A DNA stretch of 64,000 nt from Centroscyllium fabricii (taxonomy: Eukaryota), in assembly GCA_051313645.2 (NCBI GenBank), contig JBNRSN020000005.1:82336001-82400000 (forward strand). The letters run 5' to 3'. The translations under genes and the position numbers were made by a program. A model generated the notes under the pieces. That model saw only the letters and a list, made by a program, of their open reading frames with translations. It searched no databases and was not told the origin of the DNA. Shown here piece by piece: positions 24,131-36,322 of the stretch; the first letter of the stretch is position 1, and the number at the start of each line of letters is the position of its first letter.

Positions 24131-24535
24131 GGGCGGTACGGTGGCATAGTGGTTAGCACTGTTGCCTCACAGCTCTGGAGACCCGGGTTCAAATCCAGCC
24201 TCGGGTGACTATCTGTGTGGAGTTTGCACATTCTCCTCGTGTCTGCGTGGGTTTCGTCCGGGTGCTCCGGTTTCCTCCCACAGTCCAAAGATGTGCGGGT
24301 TAGGTTGATTGGCCAGGATAAATTGACCCTTCGTGTTAGGGTGATTGAATATGTGGGGTTACGGAGATAGGGTGGGATATGTGTCGGTGTAGGATCGATC
24401 GGGTTCGAGGGATATTGGGAGAGGGCAGAGGCGGGGTACTGGGTTTGGATGATCAGCCATGATCTCATTGAATGGCGGAGCAGGCTCGAAGGGCCGAATG
24501 GCCTACTCCTGCTCCTATCTTCTATGTTTCTATGT
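24131..24535 (+). mobile_element. HE1-like V-SINE (tRNA head, V core, CR1-derived tail)
   Basis: A and B boxes, V-domain gtgtggagtttgcacattctc...ctccggtttcctcccacagtccaaaga, tail ggccgaatggcctactcctgctcct(tctatgtt)n. Possible TSD tgtaat. Confidence 0.9.
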
Positions 24536-24843
24536 AATTCCAAGAGCTGAAAATTCTGAAGATCTGAGGTCTGACACTTGCTGCTTTAGGACCTGGAATC
24601 TACAGAAAGTATGGCCAAGAAATTTGATTTGAACCTAAAACGGGCACAGAGTTTATGCTTGTCTTGAGCCCTCAAAAGTAGAAACTGAAAGATTCCTGGG
24701 CAAGCTCCGCCCATTTGTACTAGAATTTTGTTTGCAGGACCCCAATTTGCATATTTAAGGAAGCTAACGCCTGTTTCAGGCGGACACTCAGGACGACTAA
24801 AAATTGGCCAAGCCAACATGGAGTCTGCCGCAATTCTAGCATA

Positions 24844-25008
24844 GTTTGGGCATGGCAGATTGCGATGTGAAATTGGGTTTGGGCATGGCAGATTGCGATG
24901 TGAAATTCGGTTTGGGCATGGCAGATTGCGATGTGAAATTCGGTTTGGGCATGGCAGATTGCGATGTGGAATTCGGTTTGGGCATGGCAGATTGCGATGT
25001 GAAATTTG
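24844..25008. repeat. Minisatellite, 5 x 33 bp (GTTTGGGCATGGCAGATTGCGATGTGAAATTCG)
   Basis: Five contiguous near-identical units with no spacers. Confidence 0.95.
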
Positions 25009-26039
25009 GAGGTCCAACGATATTTTATGCTAGTGGAGGGTGTGAGTTGAATTTTGCAGTTTTAAACCTGATCGACCAATTGGAAATATATTGCTGCAGT
25101 GCTGGTACCCATATTTAGCCACTAGAGGCTGCTAGATCATTTTTATGCCACTAACTAGTCAGTGACTTAAATGGAGTACTGCCCGCAGCTCGCTGATAAA
25201 ACTCAAATGCGGCCCGAACCTGGAAATAGATTGGGCTCCTGGCTGTGGCCTTGGGCTGTTCCATGGTTGCACCGCCAACATTGCGCCATCTCCAGACCAA
25301 TTGATCCGCATTTCATTCCTTTTATTTAGTGCAGTATCTTATTCTTTCCATATTTTTCCTCCTCCTTCCCTCTCTCCCACCGCAGGGCACAGGTATCTAG
25401 CAGGCCACATTTCCATGGGAACTGTCATCCTCCAGTACCTGGCTCAAGTGGCCATTCTTCATGTGTGAGCCTTGGACGGTGAATGCTGGTGGGCTATTCA
25501 ACCGCAGGAGGCATCGTAACCAAGCCAAATCCTGACCGTGCCCGGCACCCACACATACACTTCTGGGATGAGTTACTGAATTGCAAGCTGAAGTGGGTCC
25601 CCTGATTGGCCAGTGTTACTATTCGTCTCTCTAGCTTTGGAGGACTGAGACCAATTGTACTGCCACAGCTGCTGCCCTGGCAGAGGGCAGAACTTTTTTT
25701 TATCCTTTTAGACAACTAGTGCAAATAGTTTAGGGAGTTATAATCCAAGCATTAACTGAAAAATGTATAATGATGCATGCAGATTTTCTACCAGGAATCA
25801 CTAGATTTCTGAATAGAGTTTTGAATATTCATGTGTGGGTTGAAATGAAGAGTACTGCTTGTAAAGCAGTTCTCTGTGTGAGCTGATCAAATAAAAAAAT
25901 TGTTAGCTTAAGTGCTAGGCTCAAACATTCCTCAAGAACAATCTGCAACATATCTGTCTATTGTTACTGCAGAATTTAACACTAGGCATGCGCAGCGCAA
26001 TATATCTTAGGATTGTAACACACACTTTAGCCAATGGAT

Positions 26040-26235
26040 AGAAAAACGGAAAATGCTTGAAATACACAGGAAGACCATCAGCATCTGAAAGAGAAAAGAC
26101 AGATTCTTGTTTCTGCAAAGGGACTCCATCTGCCAGATGAACTCACCTTTTCTCTTTCAGATACTGGCAAAGCTGCTATTTGCTTGCAGCATTTTCCATT
26201 TTAATTTTAATATTGCCACCATTTCTGGTTTTACT
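26040..26235. mobile_element. Degenerate palindromic remnant of Penelope-like terminal repeats
   Basis: Inverted arms aaaatgcttgaaa...cagcatctgaaagagaaaag / cttttctctttcagatactg...cagcattttcc, similar to 4112-4206. Confidence 0.55.
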
Positions 26236-27377
26236 TTTTACCTTGACAACTAACAGTCCACGAATGAGAGTATTTTAACCCTCGAGCCACAGAAAGGAAG
26301 CGGGGGGGGGGGGGTGGGGGGCGAGTGGTGAATCTCATCAAATTGATTCCCTTTTTGTGTACATCCTATCAGAATCTCAATTAGTTGTCATGATATGGAA
26401 ATATAATCAGCTCATCCTCTATGAAGGGTTATGGTGTCTTATTGCCATGCAGACCAGCTGTTAAAGGAACGGTTCTTGATTGGCTTCTCCCCTAGGTTTG
26501 TTCACGTCAAGCCTATTAAGATCAGTTTAGATGAAAAGCCCTGCTGTGGTCAGTGCAGCATTCTACATATTGTGTGACATCAGGTAGCCCACATCACTAA
26601 CTACAGCTCCCATGATGTGTTGTAATTCCCCACATGTTCAGCAACCGACACCTAGCCCCTTCTGAAGGCATCACCATGCAGCCTTCAATTCTGAAGTGCA
26701 TTATAATAGTCCCCGGTCAGCAGAAAAGTCCATCTGTTTTGGAAAAATAGGAAGGCGTTGGGCTTTACTGATAGATAGGTTAAATCAACTGATTTAACTG
26801 ATTTCCCTCCAGAGGTGATATTTTATTTATATGATAAAATGCTTGGAAAGTGATTAATTTGTCAAGGGAATGTCTTGTTACTGTAAATTTACTGGAACTG
26901 TAATAAGTGTATTGCTGCTACACCGATGGGGGGAATGAAGAGGCAATGACTAATGAAGAGATGGAGATTCACAAAATGTTTTATCACGAGTTATTTAATT
27001 TAAAAAAAAAAAATACTTTTTGGTTTTAATTCAGATAAGTATAGAATTAGGTATTAGCATTTTTAGCAAGGTCTTCAAAATATAGCATTCACTGCCTGTT
27101 TTGTCAAGTAGATTAAGTTAATTCTACTGTCATTTGTAAAAGCCTCATTTAGCCACACACGAGAAGGATTGGCCATGCAAAATTGCTTCTAACCCTTTGC
27201 ATTAGACATCTTGTACACAGTCGGTGGTGGGGGGGGGGGGGGGGGGGGGGGTGTGGAGTGTGCTGTGGGGTTACACATGGGTTAAGAAATAAATATACAT
27301 TTTTGTCAAAAATATTTTTTTCAATGATCCGTAACAACATTTGGAGGAAGAGGAATATTATTTTATTTGTATACTAT

Positions 27378-28186
27378 GGGCTTGAATTTCCAAGCCCCTT
27401 GGAGGCAGGGGTGGGGGAAATTGCAGAATCGGGGGGCACGAACCCTTCCCGTCCCCAACCCGCCTCCATGTCCATTTCCCAGGAGGCGGGTACCCGACCT
27501 GTGCTGGGAGCCGCCTCCCCGAGGCGGGAAGGTGATTAGTGCCAATTAACTGCCAGTTAACAGGTAGTTTTTGGCCTAATCCCTATTTTTAACCCTGAAG
27601 TGTGGGCTGCCCGATGACTCCAAACCACACCAAGTTAGCGAGGCGGACAGTCAGGCTGAAGGGCTTGGAGGGTTCGAGATGTCTGGTGTTCAGGTGAGTG
27701 ATGGGTGCATGAGTGCAGAGGTAAGTGTGTTTGGTGTTTAAATAAGTTTTACTTACCTTTACTTACTAATGCAGGCTTCCCTCCTTCAGGTCTCGAGAGT
27801 CCCTCATCTCACCGGCACAGAAAGTAGAATGGCCGCGAGCTGTCAAAAGTTGCAGCATTCTGCTTTCTGTTCTGGAGAGATTTCTAACTGAGTCTGTGGA
27901 GAAGGACTCAAGTTAGAAATCAGATTGTCAGTGTTTGACAGCTTCACAGAGCTGTCAAACGCGGATATTTCATCTGTCAAAAGCTCTTGACAGATCAATA
28001 TGTCAATCCCTGACGTCACATGTAACCAGGTATCCCTTAATTAGCCTGCTGAGCTCGCTGGGCGGGCTCAACAAGGTCAATCAAGGGAAAATCGCATGGG
28101 TTGGCCACAAATCGATGGAGGCGGGACTACAACCCAAAAGGTGGGAGTCCCGCCTCCATCATGTCCCCATTGACAAAATCCAGCCC
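27378..28186. mobile_element. Family-B Harbinger-like MITE
   Basis: GGGCTTGAATTT...AAAATCCAGCCC ends, with TAT on both flanks. Confidence 0.85.
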
Positions 28187-28271
28187 TATGTTATTCTATT
28201 ACATAACCAAGACATGGCACATTCTACCAAAGCTTATCCTAGAAAGGATGAGCAATTGTGCATTTTTTAAG

Positions 28272-28747
28272 AGAAAGAAAGAAAGACTTACATTGTGTAG
28301 CCATGATGTGGAGGTATGTAGCGCCTTTCACGGCCACCGGACATCCCAAATTAAGTACTTTTGGAGTGTGCTCACTGTTGTAATGTGGGAAATGCAGCAG
28401 CCATTTTGTACACAGCAAGTTCCCACAAACAGCAATGTGATAACAACCAGATAATCTGTTATTTGTTATGTTGATTGAGGGATAAATATTGGCCAGAACA
28501 TCGGAGATGCTCCCCTGCTCTTCTTCAAAATAGTGCCTTGGGATCTTTTACATCCACGTGAGAGAGCAGACGGAGCCTCGGTTTAACGTCTCATCTGAAA
28601 GATGGCACCTCCAACAGTGCAGCTCTCCCTCAGTACTGCACTGGACTGTCAGCCTAGCTTGATGTGCTCAAGTCCCTAGAGTGGGACTTGAACCCACAAC
28701 CCTATGACTCAAAGGGAGTGTGCTACCCACTGAACCACAGCTGACAC
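28272..28747 (-). mobile_element. DeuSINE (SacSINE1-like; tRNA head, Deu domain, L2-type tail)
   Basis: The minus strand has B box GGTTCAAGTCC and the Deu core GGAGGTGCCATCTTTCAGATGAGACGTTAAACCGAGG, as in SINE3/AmnSINE1. (tttc)n end. Confidence 0.85.
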
Positions 28748-28804
28748 TGTATAAACTGTAAACGAATAAGAGAGTATAAACTGAAGATCAGGGTTGTTAA
28801 TAAA

Positions 28805-28930
28805 GAAAGAAAAGAAGCAACAAGCGCCTTTCACATCCTAAGGACCAAAGCACTTAATAGCCAATGAATTATATTTTTAAGTGTAGCCACTGTTGTAATG
28901 TTGGCAAACATGGCAACCAATTTGCCCACA
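28805..28930 (-). mobile_element. Degenerate 3' fragment of the same DeuSINE
   Basis: agcgcctttcac...agtgtagccactgttgtaatgt duplicates 28320-28410. A smaller piece lies at ~11582-11633. Confidence 0.55.
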
Positions 28931-29875
28931 ATGAGATAAGTAACCTGTTAGTAACCTAATACTACCAGAAAGATCAGAAAACTTTTGTTTATAAACTTTT
29001 CTAAAATTTCTATTTATTAAAAACCATCAATAACCAAAGTAACATCAATAAAAGGTGACTGACTGAACCACTTCTGATTTCCACCAGGTTTCTGTTTTCC
29101 ATCTGTCTCAACTCGGCATCTCCAATTGCATTAGGTCACCCTTCCTGCCTCCTTTTGCCATTTCCCTGTTGGCATGTTAAAAAAAAAAAAACTACCTTCC
29201 GATGTGCCATCCTACCTGACCCTGGGCAAGTACAAAGACTTACAGGACCAAAATAACTGAGGCTGCATAACCAAAGTAACATTAATAAAGTATGTAACAA
29301 AATAGAGAAAAGGACCTTAATATGTGGGGTGAGGATAGAAAGAATAGTCCACTATAAATGTGTAGACATGATTTAAATAGGCTGCAATCTAACACTAATC
29401 TATTAAACTCACCATGAAAAATTTAGTTTGGATCTTAAAAATGTAATGCAATTACAGGAGTCATATTTCATACTGCTTAAATTGATACGCATTAAAGTAA
29501 AAATCTAAAGTAGCTTGATAAGCTGACTGCTTTTTTATACACTTCACCTACTATAAGGTTAAAGAGTTGCAGAATGTTGGTTTAATTTTAAGCTGAGTTG
29601 AATGTTATATAAAATTTATATTTACAGATAGTGCTGGAACTAAGGAAGAAATAAAAAGAATCAAACTCTGTAGCAAGTAATAGTGATCAAATTGTGAACT
29701 GGGATACAGTAAAACTTTGTATGTGGTGGGAAATAACCATTGTCCCACTTGATTTGCAATAAAACCCAAACAGAACACTTGAACATCTGTTAAAGTGAAA
29801 CTACTACCTATTGAGTGCTGATTTCCACTGTTAAATCTATATAAGCAGTGGTATGTCATTGGAAATCTAGATCAT

Positions 29876-30690
29876 GGGCTGGATTTTCATTGAGGAGACA
29901 GGTAGGAGGTGGGACTACAACTTTCGGGGTGATAGTCCCGCCTCCATCGAGTTCTAGCCAACCCACACGATTTTGACTTGATTGACCTTGTTGAACCCGC
30001 TCAGCAGGCCAATTAATGGCCACCCGGCAACAGGTGATGTCACAGATTGATATTTCATCTGTCAAGACCATTTGACAGATGAAATATCAGAGCTGTCAAA
30101 CACTGACAATCTGCACTCCAGGTTAATTCCTTCCTCTCAGGATGATTTAGAGATCTCCCCAGAACAGAAAGCTGAATGTTGGAACTTTTGACAGTTCGCG
30201 GTGATTCTGCTTTCTGTGCCGGTGGCATTAGGGACTCCGAGACCTGAAAGAAGGAAGGCTGTAAAGGTAAGTACATGTAAGTAAAACTTCTTTAAACTCT
30301 TACACACACCAAACACACTTACCCCTGCACTCATGCACCCATCACTCACCTGAACACCGGACATCTCGACCCCTCCAAGCCCTTTATCCCGACGGCCCTC
30401 CTCGCTAACTTGGCGTGGTTTGGAACCATCAGGAATCCCACATTTCAACAATAAAAATAGGGATTAGGCTAAAAACTGCCTGTTAACTACCTGTTAACAG
30501 GCAGTTAATTGGCACTAAACCCCTTCCCGCCTCGGGGAGGCGGGTCTCAGTGCGAGTCGGGTACCCACCTCCTTTGAAACTGGCATGGAGGCAGGTTAGG
30601 GGTGGGATGGGTTCGTGCCCCCCGATTTTGGGATTTTAAGCGCCCGCATGCCTCCAATCCTGCCTCCATGGCCCAATGAAAATCCTGCCC
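29876..30690. mobile_element. Family-B Harbinger-like MITE, inverted relative to 27378-28186
   Basis: GGGCTGGATTTTCATTG...CAATGAAAATCCTGCCC ends, with CAT on both flanks. Confidence 0.88.
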
Positions 30691-31670
30691 CATGCATCTT
30701 AATCATTTTATAAACTTACATTTGTGTTCAACTCCAGAAAACCGTGTCACAGTTACAATCGCTTTTACAAAGTACGTTGTAAAATTTCAGCTCAGTCTGA
30801 CAACCTGAAGGAGCACCTTCTGTGGGTTACACCATCTTCGAATCAATGTGGCTAGTGGTGGAATTTGAAAACGAGTGGCTATTTATGGCCACTGAACCTG
30901 AACTTGTTTCTTTTTCCTGTTTGTGAAATGGTCAATCTGGAGCAGTCAGTCAGTCAGCTCCGTGTGGAGGGAAACACCTGAATATAAACCCTACTTATAT
31001 AACCATTGGATAGGGGCTACATGGATGGAACCCCAGCCAAATTGCACACTCCATCTTGTACTGGCATGAAAGCTACACTCTTTTTATACACACTCAACAC
31101 GCACATTTTTCTAAGTAGTTTCTTTCTCTGTTGTCTAAAGGGAAGAAAGTTCATGAAAACATCTGTTTTAATGATGATCCTGTATTTTAGCTTTCTACAT
31201 AGCTGTTGTTTCAAGTATGCTTTCATCTTCACCAACTTATGGCAGCCTAGAGACTGGGGGTTGATGTGCCGCATTAGGAATTTACACTTTAAGCAGAGCC
31301 ACTGCAGCAACATTTCACTGTGACAACCTTGATGGCACTTGGAAAAAACACCTTTGCATGTTGCTGCAGAAATGTAACCAATTCTAATTTTGTACCAAAA
31401 TTTAAGATGTTGCCCATTGCTTCTATGCATTAGTTAACAGATGGGCCTAGCTTATATTTTTAGTGATGGGACTGACCTGTGCTTGCAGCAGGTAAATTAG
31501 TACAAACATAGTTCAGTGCCATTAGAATTAAAGTTGCTGCTCATGATGCCGCAACACTCAGCCATCATGGAAGATATGTGTTTAGAGACAATTTGTTTGT
31601 TTGTTTCCTACCAGTACCTTTATAACTCTAGTATTTTAATATTTGTCATTTGTCATCAGTGAGGATATGG

Positions 31671-33324
31671 TTTTTTTATTCGTTCATGGGATGTGGGCGT
31701 TGCTGGCAAGGCCAGCATTTAATGCCCATCCCTAATTGATCTGGAGAAGGTGGTGGTGCTGGAGAAGCCTTCTTGAACCGCTGCAGTCCGTGTGGTGAAG
31801 GTACTCCCACAGTGCTGTTAGGGAGGGAGTTCCAGGCATTTGACCCAGCGACGATGAAGGAACATCGATATACTTCCAAGTCAGGTTGGTGTGTGACTTG
31901 GAGGTGGTGGTGTTCCCATTCTCCTGCTGCCCTTGTCCTTCTAGCTGGTAGAGGTCGTGGGCTTGGAAGATGCTGCCAAAGAAGTTGCTGCAGTGCATCT
32001 TGTAGATGTTACACACTGCAGCCACGGTACGCCAGGGGTTGAAGGGAGTGAATGTTTAAGGTGGTAGATGGGTTGCCAATCAAGTGGGTTGCTTTGTCCT
32101 GGATGGTGTTGAGCTTCTTGAGTGTTGTTGGAGCTGCACTCATCCAGGCAAGTGGAGAGTATTCCATCACATTCCTGACTTGTGCCTTGTAGATGGTGGA
32201 AAGGCTTTGGGGAGTCAGGAGGTGAGACAGTCGCCGCAGAATCCCTAACCTCTGACCTGCTCTTGTTGCCACAGTATTTATGTGGCTGGTCCAGTTAAGT
32301 TTCTGGTCAATGGGATTCGGCAATGGTAATGCCGTTGAATGTCATGGGGCGGTGGTTAGGCTCTTGCTTGTTGGAGATAGTCATTGCCTGGCACTTGTGT
32401 GGTGCAAATGTTACCACTTATCAGCCCAAGCCTGAATGTCGTGCAGGTCTTGTTGCATGCGGGCATGGACTGATTCATTATCTGAGGAATTGCTAATGAC
32501 ACTGAACACTGTGCAGTCATCAGCGAATTCCCCATTTCTAATCTTATGTTTGCAGAAAGGTCATTGATGAAGCAGCTGACGATGGTTGAGCCAAGGACAC
32601 TGCCCGGAGGAACTCCTGCAGTGATGTCCTGGGGCTGTGATAATTGACCTCCTTTGTGCTAGGTATGACTCCAGCCAGTGGAGAGATTGCCCACCGATTC
32701 CCATTGACTTCAGTTTTACTAGGGCTCCATGATGCCACACTCAGTCAAATGGTGCCTTGATGTCAAGGGCAGTCACTCTCACCCCCTCTCTGGAATTCAG
32801 CTCCTTTGTCCATGTTTGAACCAAGGCAGTAATGAGGTCTGGAGCTGAGTGGTCCAGGTGGACCCCAAACTGGGCATCAATGAGCAAGTTATTGGTGAGT
32901 AAGTGCCGCTTGATAGCACTGTCGATGAGATCTTCCATCACTTTGCTGATGATTGAGAGTTGACTGATGGGGCGGTATTTGGCCAGATTGGATTTGTCCT
33001 GCGTTTTTGTGGACAGGACATATCTGGGCAGTTTTTCACATTGTTGAATAGATGCCAGTGTTGTAGCTGTACTGAAACAGCTTGGCTAGAGATGCAGCTA
33101 GTTCTGGAGCACAAGTCTTCAGCATGACAGCCAGGATTTTGTCGGGGCCCATAGCCTTTGCTGTATCCAGTGCGCTCAGCCGTTTCTTGATATCATGAGT
33201 GAATCGAATTGGCTGAAGACTGGCTTCTGTGATGGTGGGGACCTCAGGAGGAGGCCAATATGGATCATCCACTCGGCACTTCTGGCTGAAGATGGTTGCA
33301 AACGCTTCAGCCTTGTCTTTTGCA
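31671..33324 (-). mobile_element. 5'-truncated, frameshifted CR1/L2-group LINE (RT domain and 3' UTR)
   Basis: Minus-strand ORFs contain KAMGPD...LKTCAPELA...LAKLFQYS, QFG...LDIKAPFD, IYKAQVRNVMEYSPLAW and WNSLPNS. A-rich end at 31671. Confidence 0.92.
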
Positions 33325-35423
33325 AGGCTGTTATGATCGATGCATTAAGTCATTCACTTTTATATAAGTCCTAAATTAATTATATGTGCAAAAAACCCCT
33401 TTACATTAAACTAGCACACTTTATTTGTCAATCAAATATATAAAAAATCACTGTGCTGCAAGAAGGAAGCCATTTCTTCCTGTGCTTAGTTACTTCATTT
33501 CAATAGCATTGAGAGCACAATATATAAGATAGGAAGACAGAGCACTAATGCCAAGTGAGTGGCTCAATTCACATTGAACTGAAAATGATGCAAAATGGTA
33601 TACAATCAGGGCTGTGTGCATTATATTGTATGCATATATGTACATTATGTATGTTCATCATGGCTTGTAGTGAAATACTCTTAGAAAAGTACATTATCAA
33701 TTACTCAAAGCTGAACTGATTCATGCTGCAAGTAATGCAATGGTTCTGCCACTTATAGGGCTGAAATTTTAGATTTTTGTGGTAGAATTTAAAGAGTTTT
33801 ATTTAGGAATCTTCTCAAAATTAGTCACTGAATTAGAATTTGAGCATTGCACTTAAAAAAAAAAAAAAGTAAATAAACAATAACTCAAATTTGCTTTTGT
33901 GCTATTTGTTCTAGCAGATGGCCTTCTTCAGATTTAAGGTGCTTTACAGATGGGAGTCGCAGCAGCCTGCTCTGCCACAGCTACCTCTGTAGGTTGATAG
34001 ATGGGTATAAATCTCAACAATCATTTCTTGACAACCAATTTATAGAATCTGATCTGGTTAAAGACATGTCTTTCATACTCGAGCCACAGGAAATAGGCTA
34101 TTTTTTTACAGTCTTGTTATATTTCATCAGGATGCCCCTCTTAATGAAATCGGCTTTAATTACACTTTTGTTCCATCTCGCTGTGACGCCCTTTAAATGT
34201 ACATGTGTGAACAGACCCCAGTTTCCCCCCCCCCCACCTGAATTCATTAGGAGCCCTGATGGTTCTCAGTCTGACTGACATCTTTATTACTAAATCCAAG
34301 TGTATAAAATCACCTTGTCACAGTATCATCACAAAAAAAAAGGCGAAGGTGGTTACCGCGGAGTATCTGAAACGGGACCTGGGACAATCAGTGTGTAAAG
34401 TCAGTCTCTTAATGGCAGTAAAATCAAATGTGCCAACAACTCCACGACTCCCCGCTGCTAGCTGACAGCATGGTGCAAGACGCTAGGGCTAAACATTCAG
34501 TTAAACAGTGATTGTGATGAAATGCCACTCTGTGCTTAGCACAAGAACTGAACAGGTGTGGAGCGTGGTTTTTTAGCAGACTGCAGGAGTATCTCAGTGA
34601 AAACACATCCTGTGTATTTTATTTTCGAGGTAAGTGGACGTCTAGTGTAAATTAAACTCTGCACCAGGCTGTGCAGTAAGTCACGTGCACATTTATTTAA
34701 AATCTACTGCCCGACTGCAGTCAATTTTAGGGACAATTTTTTTTCAAAATTTGCGAGCAAAGATGTACTTGAATTGAATAGGAATGTATTTCGTGGGGAA
34801 ATTCATTTTTTTAGGGGCCATTCTCCCAGGCACCAATTGATTCCCAGTATATCTAAAACATTGGGTGATCTCTGTTTAATGAGGACAACTGGATATATGG
34901 AAAGAATTCATTTTTATTAGAGTATCCCCTTGAATAGATTTCAACCCTGTTGCAACACCTATGTTTTTACAGCTTTTAGCCCAAAAAACGAATGGCAGGG
35001 GAAATGATGTTCAAGTATCGGTACCAATGTAAAGGAATATTTTCCTGGGATTTTTTTGCTGACATAAATTGGAAGGTTAATGGCTGGGTTTCTAAATAAA
35101 CCTAGTCTCCTGGCAGGATTTGTTGAGGATGCTACTGTTGAACATTGCTCTTACAGCCTGCCTTCTCATAAGTTATTTTCCCGTTTCTTTGCATTTAACT
35201 CTTTATCTCCCTCCATCCTCTTTTTTTTCTTATAATCTACACACTTTTAAGACCCAAGCTTGGTGCTAACTGATCACTGATTCACCGAGCCGTCCCTTCT
35301 ACTCTGTTCAGCCTTGGTCATGCCACAAAACCAGGAAGATGTTCCAAAACTGGAAAACAGCAAGCCAACCCTCTTATGGATTCCCAATTGTGAAAGTGAT
35401 AGTAGCAAATCTGGATGGTAGGT

Positions 35424-36024
35424 ATGATGTGGAGGTGCCAGTGTTGGACTGGGGTGGACAAATCCAAGAAGTCACACAACACCAGATTATAGTCCAACAG
35501 TTTTATTTTAAATCACAAGCTTTCGGAGCTTCTGCCCCTTCGTCAGGGGAAAAAGGAGCTTCTGCGGCACGGTGGCACAGTGGTTAGCATTGTTGCCTCA
35601 CAGCACTGGAGACCCGGGTTCAAATCCAGCCTCGGGTCCTATCTGTGTGGAGTTTGCACATTCTCCCCGTGTCTGCGTGGGTTTCCTCCGGGTGCTCCGG
35701 TTTCCTCCCACAGTCCAAAGATGTGCGGGTTAGGTTGATTGGCCAGGATAAATTGACCCTTAGTGTTAGGGGGATTGAATATGTGGGGTTACGGGGATAG
35801 GGTGGGATATGTGTCAGTGCAGGCTCGATAGGGATATGGGGAGAGGGCAGGGGCGGGATACTGGGTTTGGATGATCAGCCATGATCTCATTGAATGGTGG
35901 AGCAGGCTCGAAGGGCCGAATGGCCTACTCCTGCTCCTAGTTTCTATGTTTCTAAGCTCCGAAAGCTTGTGATTTAAAATAAAACTGTTGGACTATAATC
36001 TGGTGTTGTGTGATTTCTTGCATT
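35424..36024. mobile_element. Palindromic Penelope-derived non-autonomous element with 12-bp TSD, hosting an HE1 SINE
   Basis: 67-bp inverted arms (35465-35531 and 35954-36020, one mismatch). TGGATGGTAGGT on both flanks (35412-35423 and 36025-36036). Hammerhead core on the minus strand. Confidence 0.75.
35564..35954 (+). mobile_element. HE1-like V-SINE copy 2
   Basis: Highly similar to 24131-24535. Confidence 0.9.
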
Positions 36025-36322
36025 TGGATGGTAGGTGTCTGCTTTTGAATCATCAGTGACACACAGGACATCCTATGAGGGTGCAAGCATATGGAGCAAC
36101 TTCATTAGTAACCAATATTGTTGAAAGTTTTTTAAATTTTTATTTCTTCATGTGGTTGCAGAACTGAAGAGAAAAGAAAGTCTTTGACCTGTTATTCCCT
36201 GCACACGCTTCCTTCTCTTAAATGATTTGGAAAAACTCAGTAGGGAGGTTAGATTTATTTCAGCTGGGCCCCTCTCTACTCCCTGCTGTGATTCGAAAAT
36301 CATGACCAATGTTCTTTAATAT

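Noticed and set aside
24131-24205. tRNA genes at SINE heads (also 684, 28680, 35564, 41490, 62720)
   Set aside because: A and B boxes are present but continue into SINE bodies and tails; no convincing cloverleaf.
24061-24543. 160-aa ORF with a paralogous ORF at 62458-62736
   Set aside because: Both are antisense readings of HE1 SINE copies.
24844-25008. CRISPR-like array or repetitive protein ORFs (24586-25017, 24846-25118)
   Set aside because: The units are contiguous with no unique spacers, the context is a vertebrate intron, and the ORFs arise because the unit length is a multiple of 3.
25380-25665. Possible old repeats here and at 1592-1695, 2271-2750, 5120-5320 and 48650-49130
   Set aside because: They look repeat-derived but have no second copy or clear termini in the window, so they cannot be classified.
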